Position numbers and translations under genes: made by a program. Positions 8,763-17,190 of a DNA stretch of 33,812 nucleotides are shown here, one piece after another. The stretch is from Bacteroidota bacterium (GTDB taxonomy: Bacteria > Bacteroidota > Bacteroidia > Bacteroidales > JADFUO01): positions 1 through 33,812 of the forward strand of contig JAUWSB010000002.1 of assembly GCA_030610255.1 (NCBI GenBank), in the 5' to 3' direction. The notes under the pieces are model-generated. The model had not been told where the DNA came from and did not search any database. It was given only the letters and a program-made list of their open reading frames with translations. The number at the start of each line of letters is the position of its first letter. Positions within the stretch are counted from its first letter, which is position 1.

Positions 8763-9713
8763 ATGAATTTGAAAAAACACATAGTCGTAATAATATTTTC
8801 GTTGTTTATTGGCAATATGAGCATTGCACAACAAATGCCTCAATTTACTCAGAATATGTTTACTAATATGGCTGTAAACCCGGGCTATGCAGGAATAAGT
8901 GGAGCAATGTGTGTAACAGGATTAGTAAGACAACAATGGGTTGGTTTTAAAGATAGCGAAGGTAATAAGGTTGCCCCTGAAACATTTCTGATTACATTCG
9001 ATACACCTATAAGAATGTTACATGGAGGAATCGGATTATCGGTTATTCAGGATAAAATAGGTTTTCAAAAAAATGTGGGATTAAATGTAGGATATTCATA
9101 TCATCGCGACTTAGGCAGGGGTGTATTGGGGATTGGTGCTCAAATCATCTTTTTGAACAAATCAATAGATGCTTCTAAATACATTGCAATTAACATGGAA
9201 GATCCGATAATAAAATCTCTCCAGAGCAATGGAAGTTCAATGCTTATTGATTTTGCATTGGGGCTCTTTTATAAAGTCCCTAATGCATACTATATTGGTA
9301 TATCGTCATATAACTTAGCTCAGTCAAAGTGGAAGTTTGAAAATGATTTTAATTACTCTTTAAAAAGAACTTTTTATTTCACTGCAGGTTATGAATTTAC
9401 TTTACCAAATAATCCTTCATTTCAAATTGACCCATCAATTTTTATAAAAACCGACGGCTCATCAACACAATATGATATAAATGCTCTTGTAAAATACAAT
9501 AATAAGTTTTGGGGAGGCGTTAGTTACAGAGTACAGGACGCTGTTTCGATTTTACTTGGAATGAAATATAAGAATTTCCGCATAGGTTATGCTTATGATA
9601 TTCCACTTTCATCAATCGGAATGAATGGTAGCCATGAAGTTTTATTGGGTTATTGCTTTAAAATTGAAGTAGAAAAAGCGAGGAAAAGATATAAAAATAC
9701 AAGATTTTTGTAA
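8763..9713 (+). CDS. PorP/SprF family type IX secretion system membrane protein
   Basis: Signal peptide, then AQQMPQFTQNMFTNMAVNPGYAG, the hallmark N-terminal motif of PorP/SprF. Beta-barrel-like alternation and C-terminal SHEVLLGYCF. Sits directly upstream of gldK as in porP-porKLMN. ATG at 8763 is preferred over the TTG at 8748. Confidence 0.85.
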   Translation: MNLKKHIVVIIFSLFIGNMSIAQQMPQFTQNMFTNMAVNPGYAGISGAMCVTGLVRQQWVGFKDSEGNKVAPETFLITFDTPIRMLHGGIGLSVIQDKIGFQKNVGLNVGYSYHRDLGRGVLGIGAQIIFLNKSIDASKYIAINMEDPIIKSLQSNGSSMLIDFALGLFYKVPNAYYIGISSYNLAQSKWKFENDFNYSLKRTFYFTAGYEFTLPNNPSFQIDPSIFIKTDGSSTQYDINALVKYNNKFWGGVSYRVQDAVSILLGMKYKNFRIGYAYDIPLSSIGMNGSHEVLLGYCFKIEVEKARKRYKNTRFL

Positions 9714-9818
9714 TTAATTCGTTCAATAATTTTTTTTATTCAGAATTTTTTTAATTTTGAACCCCCAAAATAATAAATATTTGTAATTCCCGTTAGTTTG
9801 ACAATAAATATTAAAAAC

Positions 9819-11189
9819 ATGAAAAAACTATTTATTTACTTAGCAATAATAATCTTTCTGGGTAGTTGCAGCAATTCAGGAAATGGAGAACTTGTTGGAG
9901 TGAACAGAAAATCAAAACCATTTTATCAGCCTGATCCATATGGTATGATATTTATCCCTCAGGGAAGTTATACAATGGGTGTTAGTGATCAGGATATTTC
10001 TTATTCACAACTTCATGAGCCGAAAACAATTTCAGTATCAGCCTTTTTTATAGATGAGACTGAAATTACAAATAATGAATACAGGCAATTTGTTTATTGG
10101 GTAAGAGATTCTATTGCACTTACTCTTCTTGGCGAACTCAATCCAGAAGATTATTTAATTGAAGAAAATAAAAAAACAGGTGAATTATACGACCCTCCTT
10201 ATCTAAACTGGGACGAAGATATTGACTGGCAAAGCGATGAACAGGATGTAAGAGATGTTCTTGAAGATATGTATTTACCTGAACATGAAAGATATTTCAG
10301 AAGAAAAGAAATTGATACACGAAAATTGAATTACGAATATTACTGGGTTGACTTGCACGCTGCTGCTGTCAAAGATTTTACACAGGAAGCAAATTTCGAG
10401 AATGCAAGTTTAGCAAACCGTCCGCAAGGTTTAAGAGACAGGTCAGTTTATGTTAGAAAAGAAGTGATAAATGTTTATCCGGACACATTATCTTGGATAC
10501 ATGATTATACTTACTCATTTAACGACCCGATGACAGAAAAATATTTCTGGCATCCGGCTTATGATAATTATCCTGTAGTAGGCATTAACTGGATGCAGGC
10601 AAAAGCATTCTGTGTTTGGAGAACAGAGATGTTAAATAGTTATCTGAAAGGGAAAAAGGGAGGAACCAGTTTAGCTGAATTTCGATTGCCTACCGAAGCC
10701 GAATGGGAATGGGCAGCACGCGGAGGTTATGGTTTAAGTCCGTTTCCATGGGGAGGTCCTTACACAAGGAACGAAAAAGGCTGTTTCTTGGCAAATTTCA
10801 AACCACTTAAAGGTAATTATATTGACGATGGTGGCTTGCGTACTGTAGTCGTTGCCCATTATCCTTCAAACGATTGGGGAATTTATGACATGGCTGGCAA
10901 CGTGGCAGAATGGACAAACAGTGCTTATGACCCTTCATCATATAATTTTACATGGGATATGAATCCTAATTATACTTACAATGCGAAAGAATCCGATCCG
11001 CCTGCAATGAAAAGAAAAGTAATAAGAGGAGGATCATGGAAAGATATTGCATATTATTTACAAGTTACAACCAGGGCTTATGAATATCAGGATACAGCCA
11101 AATGCTATATCGGTTTCAGGTGTATCCAGCCTTATCTTGGAAGAAACAAGGATGATAATCCTGCACGTGCTTCAAAAGTTTATAATTAA
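9819..11189 (+). CDS. gldK: gliding motility / T9SS lipoprotein GldK (PorK)
   Basis: MKKLFIYLAIIIFLGSCS lipobox. FGE-sulfatase/SUMF1-type domain (INWMQAKAFCVWR, EAEWEWAARGG, NVAEWT, IRGGSW). Position ahead of gldL/M/N. Confidence 0.9.
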   Translation: MKKLFIYLAIIIFLGSCSNSGNGELVGVNRKSKPFYQPDPYGMIFIPQGSYTMGVSDQDISYSQLHEPKTISVSAFFIDETEITNNEYRQFVYWVRDSIALTLLGELNPEDYLIEENKKTGELYDPPYLNWDEDIDWQSDEQDVRDVLEDMYLPEHERYFRRKEIDTRKLNYEYYWVDLHAAAVKDFTQEANFENASLANRPQGLRDRSVYVRKEVINVYPDTLSWIHDYTYSFNDPMTEKYFWHPAYDNYPVVGINWMQAKAFCVWRTEMLNSYLKGKKGGTSLAEFRLPTEAEWEWAARGGYGLSPFPWGGPYTRNEKGCFLANFKPLKGNYIDDGGLRTVVVAHYPSNDWGIYDMAGNVAEWTNSAYDPSSYNFTWDMNPNYTYNAKESDPPAMKRKVIRGGSWKDIAYYLQVTTRAYEYQDTAKCYIGFRCIQPYLGRNKDDNPARASKVYN

Positions 11190-11244
11190 TTTTTTATAAT
11201 ATATTTCAAATTAAAAATCATTATTTACCTAACTATTTAATATT

Positions 11245-12270
11245 ATGGGTTTAAACAATTTAGTAAGAAGTAGAGGATTTAGAAATTTTATGGCTAAACT
11301 TTATGGCTGGGGTGCTTCAGTTGTAATTTTAGGTGCACTTTTTAAAATCAATCATTACCCTTATGCTGACTACATGCTTGTCGTGGGCTTGGGTACTGAG
11401 TCATTAATATTCTTTTTCTCAGCATTTGAACCACCACATGTTGAACCTGACTGGAGTTTGGTTTACCCTGAGTTAGGAGGGATGTATCATGGAATGGGTC
11501 TTAATGAACAAAAGAAAATTGGAGTTACCGAAAAATTAGACGACCTGCTTGCAGAAGCTAAAATCGGTCCGGAGTTGATTGAGAGCCTTGGCATAGGATT
11601 ACGAAATTTGAGTGATCAAACATCAAAATTAAAAGATGTGTCAATAGCAACTCTTGCCACAAACGAATTTGTTGAAAATGTAAAAAATGCTTCTGCTTCA
11701 GCCGGTGAACTTTCTCAGGCATACAAAAAAACTTCCGAATCGCTCAATCAGGATTCGGGTGCTTCATTAGAATACATTAATAATATTAAACAAGCATCCA
11801 ACAGTGCTGCTAATCTTTCAAATGCATATACACAAGCATCAGAATCAATTAAAAGCGATTTAGCAGTTACACATGAATTTGCAGGAAGTATTAAAGCAGC
11901 TACACAATCAGCAAATAATTTAGTTGAAAATTACACTAAATCAGCAGAAATTCTTTCAAAATCAGTTGAAATTCTTGATTTTTCAGCTGCAGAAGGTTCT
12001 TCTTATAATGAACAATTAAAAAGAATATCAGATAATCTGTCTGCTTTGAATGCTGTATATGAATTGCAATTACAAAGCACAAACCAGCAAGTTGAATCAT
12101 CTGCCAAACTTCAGCAAACTATGAACCAGTTTCTTGAAAATCTTAATGAATCTGCTGATAAAATGGGAACCTACAAAGAACAGATTGATGTATTAACAGA
12201 AAAAGTAGCTGCCCTTAATAAAGTATATGGAAATATGCTGTCGGCTATGAGTTTTAATCCAAACAGTTAA
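11245..12270 (+). CDS. gldL: gliding motility / T9SS protein GldL (PorL)
   Basis: N-terminal two-TM region FMAKLYGWGASVVILGALFKINHYPYADYMLVVGLGTESLIFFFSAFEPP is typical of GldL. Long helical cytoplasmic tail ending in ALNKVYGNML. Operon position fits. Confidence 0.88.
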   Translation: MGLNNLVRSRGFRNFMAKLYGWGASVVILGALFKINHYPYADYMLVVGLGTESLIFFFSAFEPPHVEPDWSLVYPELGGMYHGMGLNEQKKIGVTEKLDDLLAEAKIGPELIESLGIGLRNLSDQTSKLKDVSIATLATNEFVENVKNASASAGELSQAYKKTSESLNQDSGASLEYINNIKQASNSAANLSNAYTQASESIKSDLAVTHEFAGSIKAATQSANNLVENYTKSAEILSKSVEILDFSAAEGSSYNEQLKRISDNLSALNAVYELQLQSTNQQVESSAKLQQTMNQFLENLNESADKMGTYKEQIDVLTEKVAALNKVYGNMLSAMSFNPNS

Positions 12271-12329
12271 AACTGAATATAATCAGTAATATAGTAAAAA
12301 TATTTATTTAAAAATTACAATAATTATTT

Positions 12330-13940
12330 ATGGCTGGATATAAGGAAACCCCGCGACAGAAAATGATTGCGATGATGTACCTGGTGTTGACAGCACTTTT
12401 GGCACTTAACGTATCAAAAGAAATGTTGGATGCATTTATTGTAGTTAACAAAAGCGTTGAAAATACTAAAGCAAATTTTGCCAGTAAAATTGATGACACT
12501 TACGATAGATTTGAACAACAATATAAAATTAATCCTAACAAAGTTGGTCCTTACTGGGAAAAAGCACAAAAAGCAAAACAATTATCCGAACAATTGATAA
12601 GATATATTGATAGTGTAAAATATGCTGTTATCATACGTACAGATGGTTTGATAAAAACAGTTGAACAGGCAAAAAATACACCATTAGCTCAAGTTAGGGC
12701 CAAAGATATGTTTACCGAACCAACACGATATTTCTTTGGCCGTTCGGAAGACGGAACTACCGGCGAAGCAGGAAAACTAAAAAGAAAAATAAATAATTAC
12801 AGAGATCAAATGCTTGAGATAGCTGGTGAACCTCTTGATAGTGACCGTTTAGGATTAATCACAAAAGGACCATACTATAATGCAGACGGAAAACCCCTTA
12901 CATGGGAACAATATAACTTTTTTTATACAATTTTAGCTGCAGATGTAACTATATTAAATAAATTTATTTCAGAAGTTCAAAATGCTGAATTTGATGTTGT
13001 TAATCATCTCTATTCTTCTGTAACCGCCGAAGATTTTAAGTTTGATGAAATCAATGCTAAAGTTGTTCCGAAAACTTCTTACATATTAAAAGGTCAAACC
13101 TATGAAGCTGAAGTATTTGTTGCTGCCTATGACACAAAACAAGACCCTGAAGTTTTCGTATTAAAGGGAACTGACGCCATCACAAGCAGAAACATCAGCA
13201 GGGCTGTGCCGGTTGAAGGAAAAAAAGGAGTTGTAAAGCTTACTTTCCCGGGAAACACAGAAGGGCATCAAACATACGCCGGTATTATTAAAGTGCTTAA
13301 TCCCGAAGGAGAAACATTGAATTTTCATTTTAAAGGTGACTATATTGTGGGTCCGCCTTCACTTACTGTAGCAGCTACCAAAATGAATGTATTTTACATT
13401 GGAGTTGATAATCCGGTATCAATTTCAGTTCCAGGTGTGGCTGCTGAAAATCTTTACCCAGGCATAACTTCCGGTGCTAGTTTGACACGTGACCCTGAAG
13501 GTAAAGACTGGATAGTAAGAGTACCAAAAGGTATGAAAAGAGCAGTAGTAACTGCTGATGCAAATTTTGAAGGCAAAAGAATAAATATGGGATCAAGCGA
13601 ATTCCGTGTAAAAAGAGTCCCCGATCCTATTGCCGAAATTGCAGGTCAAAAAGAAGGTTCAATTAATAAAAATACTTTATTAGCTGCTAATGCAATTATA
13701 CCTTCAATGAAGGATTTTGAATTTGATCTGTATTTTGAAGTTAAATCTTTTACTATGGCTACCATTATCAGTGGAGACTGGATACCTAAAAGTACAAGAG
13801 GTAACATGTTTTCAGAAGAAATGATAAATATTATCAGGAATGCCAAAAGAAAACAAAAATTCTTTTTTGAAAATATTCAGGCAGTTGGACCTGAAGGCAT
13901 AACCCGTACATTAAATGCAATAAATCTTACAATTGATTAA
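12330..13940 (+). CDS. gldM: gliding motility / T9SS protein GldM (PorM)
   Basis: N-terminus MAGYKETPRQKMIAMMYLVLTALLALNVSKEMLDAF matches the conserved GldM start (PRQKMI..MYLV..A.LALNVSKE). 536 aa. Operon position fits. Confidence 0.9.
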   Translation: MAGYKETPRQKMIAMMYLVLTALLALNVSKEMLDAFIVVNKSVENTKANFASKIDDTYDRFEQQYKINPNKVGPYWEKAQKAKQLSEQLIRYIDSVKYAVIIRTDGLIKTVEQAKNTPLAQVRAKDMFTEPTRYFFGRSEDGTTGEAGKLKRKINNYRDQMLEIAGEPLDSDRLGLITKGPYYNADGKPLTWEQYNFFYTILAADVTILNKFISEVQNAEFDVVNHLYSSVTAEDFKFDEINAKVVPKTSYILKGQTYEAEVFVAAYDTKQDPEVFVLKGTDAITSRNISRAVPVEGKKGVVKLTFPGNTEGHQTYAGIIKVLNPEGETLNFHFKGDYIVGPPSLTVAATKMNVFYIGVDNPVSISVPGVAAENLYPGITSGASLTRDPEGKDWIVRVPKGMKRAVVTADANFEGKRINMGSSEFRVKRVPDPIAEIAGQKEGSINKNTLLAANAIIPSMKDFEFDLYFEVKSFTMATIISGDWIPKSTRGNMFSEEMINIIRNAKRKQKFFFENIQAVGPEGITRTLNAINLTID

Positions 13941-13980
13941 AATTTAAAAATAAATATAATTTTCCCTAACAGGAGGTATT

Positions 13981-14829
13981 ATGAAAAAACTACTCATCTC
14001 GTTATTCACTCTAAGCTTGATAATAGCGATAAATGTAAATTCACAGTCACAAATACTTGATAGCCCGCCACAGGATGGACTTTTTCCCGACATGGGAATG
14101 ATTGATAAAAAACCTGTTCCATATCCACCACTGAGAAAGGCAGATGTTATGTGGTCTAAAAGAATATGGCGCGTTATTGATATGCGCGAAAAAATAAATC
14201 AACCGTTTTATTACCCGTTAGAACCACACAACGGATGGAGAAGCTTTATGCAAATTATTATGGATGCCTTGAAAGAAGGATCAATTACAGCTTATGATAT
14301 TTCCGGTACTGACGAATTTTTAGTGCCACTAACTTATCAGGCAGTTATGACAAGACAGATTGATACTCTCCATAAAATACTAAATCGACCATATCCTCCT
14401 TATGATGAATATGATACCGTTATTTATTCAGAATTTGACCCAAGCAAAGTTATGCGTCTAAGGATTAAGGAAGACTGGTATTTTGACAAACAACGTTCGC
14501 AATTACTGGTTAGAATACTTGGGATTTGTCCTGTTATGATGAAAGAAAGGGAAGGTGTTGAAATTCCTGAACCTTTATTCTGGATTTACTTTCCTGAAGC
14601 AAGACCAATACTGGCTAAAGCAGAAATGTTTAACAGGTTTAATAGCGCCGAAAGAAGAACTTATGATGAAATATTCTGGAAAAGAATGTTCGGAAGTTAT
14701 GTTTATAAAGAACAAAATGTTTATGACAGAAGAATCTCGCAATATGCAACCGGTATGGATGCTTTGCTTGAAGCTGAAAGAATAAAGAATGAATTATTTG
14801 TATTTGAACATGATCTTTGGGAATTTTAA
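13981..14829 (+). CDS. gldN: gliding motility / T9SS protein GldN (PorN)
   Basis: Signal peptide. Conserved WSKRIWRVIDMREKINQPFYYP and LRIKEDWYFDKQRS segments typical of GldN. Last gene of the gldKLMN unit. Confidence 0.88.
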   Translation: MKKLLISLFTLSLIIAINVNSQSQILDSPPQDGLFPDMGMIDKKPVPYPPLRKADVMWSKRIWRVIDMREKINQPFYYPLEPHNGWRSFMQIIMDALKEGSITAYDISGTDEFLVPLTYQAVMTRQIDTLHKILNRPYPPYDEYDTVIYSEFDPSKVMRLRIKEDWYFDKQRSQLLVRILGICPVMMKEREGVEIPEPLFWIYFPEARPILAKAEMFNRFNSAERRTYDEIFWKRMFGSYVYKEQNVYDRRISQYATGMDALLEAERIKNELFVFEHDLWEF

Positions 14830-14850
14830 TATATAAAATATTTTCATTAA

Positions 14851-14877
14851 AACTCCCCTTTTGGGGAGTTTTTTTTT
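14851..14877 (+). terminator. rho-independent terminator after gldN
   Basis: aactcccc-tttt-ggggagtt stem-loop followed by a run of T. Confidence 0.8.
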
Positions 14878-14898
14878 GCCTGATTTTTTTTATTAATG

Positions 14899-15004
14899 TT
14901 AAACCCGTAGAAAATAAATTATCAAACTTAACAGGTGATTAATTTACTGTTAATCAGCATTTAAATTTTGTGTATATTTGCAAAGCTATTTTCTACGGGT
15001 TTAA
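14899..15004. repeat. 18-bp perfect inverted repeat pair enclosing 70 bp
   Basis: ttaaacccgtagaaaata (14899-14916) / tattttctacgggtttaa (14987-15004). An inner ttaacag/ctgttaa pair lies at 14928-14934 / 14947-14953. Confidence 0.9.
14973..14980 (+). promoter_or_regulatory. Bacteroidota -7 promoter motif (TATATTTG) for recG
   Basis: TATATTTG followed by CAAAG, 49 nt upstream of the recG ATG. Lies inside the inverted-repeat element. Confidence 0.45.
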
Positions 15005-15028
15005 ATTTGTTCTAAATTTATTTATTCA

Positions 15029-17134
15029 ATGTCATATAATATCCTTGAAACATCAATCGAATATTTAAAAGGAGTTGGCCCTAAACGTGCCGAGTTATTA
15101 AAAAAAGAATTGAATATATTTACCTTTGGTGATTTGCTTACATATTTTCCTTTCAGATATATTGATAAAAGTAAAATTTATAAAGTTAGGGAAATTACTA
15201 GTGATATGTCTTATGTTCAATTACGAGGGGAAATCACTAATATCCAGCTTATCGGAAAAAGCAGAGCCAAAAGATTATCAGCATATCTAAAAGATGAAAC
15301 AGGTGTAATTGAATTAGTTTGGTTTAAAGGAATTAAATGGATCAAAGATAAATTTAAACCCGGCGAAGAATATATCGTTTTCGGAAAACCGACAATTTTT
15401 AACAGGAAATTCAATATCCCTCATCCTGAAATTGAACTTATTTCCGAACAACACGATTCATTGAGCAAATCTTTTCAGGCTTTTTACAGTTCTACTGAAA
15501 AACTTAAATCAAGAGGATTAGGCAGTAAAGGTATAAGTAAATTAATCGGGAATCTTGTCCTGAAGATTAACGGGGAAATTCCTGAAAATCTCACGGAAAA
15601 TATCATTAAGAACCTCAAACTAATCTCAAGAGAACAAGCATTGAATAATATTCATTTTCCGGAAAATCAATATATTTTACAAAAAGCTAAGGCAAGATTG
15701 AAATTTGAAGAATTATTTTTTATTCAGTTGCGGTTATTAAAAAAAAAATATATACGAATTCAAAAAATAAAAGGACACATTTTTTCTGTTGTTGGAGATT
15801 ATTTTAATTGCTTTTTTAAAAACAATCTTCCGTTTGAATTAACAAATGCACAAAAAAAAGTCATCAAAGAAATCCGCAAAGACATTGGCTCAGGAAAACA
15901 AATGAACAGGCTGTTGCAGGGCGATGTTGGTAGCGGCAAAACCCTTGTTGCCCTTATGTCCATTTTAATTGCCATTGATAATAATTATCAGGCTTGTATA
16001 ATGGCACCAACTGAAATACTTGCCAACCAACATTTTGAAACAATCTCAAAAATGCTTAAGGGAATGGATATTTCAGTTGAACTGCTTACAGGATCAACCA
16101 AAACATCAAAAAGAAAAATTATTAACGAAAATTTGCTTAACGGAAATTTGCAAATTTTAATCGGAACGCATGCATTAATTGAAGAAACTGTAAAATTTAA
16201 AAATCTCGGACTGGTTATTATTGATGAACAACATCGTTTTGGAGTGGCTCAACGTGCAAAACTCTGGAAAAAAAATATTATCCCACCGCACATACTGGTG
16301 ATGACAGCCACGCCAATACCACGTACTTTAGCTATGACTCTATACGGAGACCTTGATTTTTCAATAATTGACGAACTACCTCCAGGCAGAAAACCTGTTA
16401 AAACTTATCATCTTTACGATTCAAAAAGGTTGAAAGTATTTGGTTTTATTAAAAAAAAGATTGAAGAAGGCAGGCAAATCTATGTTGTTTACCCTTTAAT
16501 TGAAGAATCTGAAAAATTGGATTTAAAATATTTAATGGACGGTTATGAAAGCATTATAAGGGAATTTCCGTTACCTGAATACGCTGTGAGTATAGTTCAC
16601 GGGAAAATGAAATCGGCAGATAAAGATTTTGAAATGCAGCGATTTATCCGTGGAGAAACACAAATTATGGTTTCCACTACTGTTATTGAAGTTGGAGTTG
16701 ATATTCCGAATGCAAGTGTTATGATAATTGAAAATGCCGAAAGGTTCGGATTATCGCAGCTTCATCAATTACGGGGAAGGGTTGGCAGAGGAGCTGACCA
16801 ATCACATTGTATTTTAATGACAGATTATAAAATCACTAATGATGGAAAAAAAAGACTTGAAACTATGGTGAGAACTTCCGATGGTTTTGAAATTGCTGAT
16901 GTTGACCTTAAATTACGAGGTCCTGGTGATATTCAGGGAACACAACAAAGCGGAATCCTTGATTTGAAAATTGCCGATTTGATAAAAGATGAAAAAATAT
17001 TAAAATACTCAAGAAACCTTGCAATTGAAATTCTGAAAAACGACCCGAATTTAGAACATAAAGAAAATTTTCCACTTGCAAAACAATTAAAATCCTTTGA
17101 AAAAAATAAAGTAAATTGGGGATTGATAAGCTAA
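15029..17134 (+). CDS. recG: ATP-dependent DNA helicase RecG
   Basis: N-terminal wedge/OB region. Helicase motifs GDVGSGKT, DEQHRFG, MTATPIPRT, QLHQLRGRVGRG. 701 aa. Confidence 0.97.
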   Translation: MSYNILETSIEYLKGVGPKRAELLKKELNIFTFGDLLTYFPFRYIDKSKIYKVREITSDMSYVQLRGEITNIQLIGKSRAKRLSAYLKDETGVIELVWFKGIKWIKDKFKPGEEYIVFGKPTIFNRKFNIPHPEIELISEQHDSLSKSFQAFYSSTEKLKSRGLGSKGISKLIGNLVLKINGEIPENLTENIIKNLKLISREQALNNIHFPENQYILQKAKARLKFEELFFIQLRLLKKKYIRIQKIKGHIFSVVGDYFNCFFKNNLPFELTNAQKKVIKEIRKDIGSGKQMNRLLQGDVGSGKTLVALMSILIAIDNNYQACIMAPTEILANQHFETISKMLKGMDISVELLTGSTKTSKRKIINENLLNGNLQILIGTHALIEETVKFKNLGLVIIDEQHRFGVAQRAKLWKKNIIPPHILVMTATPIPRTLAMTLYGDLDFSIIDELPPGRKPVKTYHLYDSKRLKVFGFIKKKIEEGRQIYVVYPLIEESEKLDLKYLMDGYESIIREFPLPEYAVSIVHGKMKSADKDFEMQRFIRGETQIMVSTTVIEVGVDIPNASVMIIENAERFGLSQLHQLRGRVGRGADQSHCILMTDYKITNDGKKRLETMVRTSDGFEIADVDLKLRGPGDIQGTQQSGILDLKIADLIKDEKILKYSRNLAIEILKNDPNLEHKENFPLAKQLKSFEKNKVNWGLIS

Positions 17135-17152
17135 TAATTTCTTAAATATCAT

Positions 17153-17160
17153 TACATTTG
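17153..17160 (+). promoter_or_regulatory. Bacteroidota -7 promoter motif (TACATTTG) for pheT
   Basis: TACATTTG followed by CAGCC, 31 nt upstream of the ATG at 17191. Confidence 0.45.
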
Positions 17161-17190
17161 CAGCCAACCAATAATTAAAATTTTACAGGA

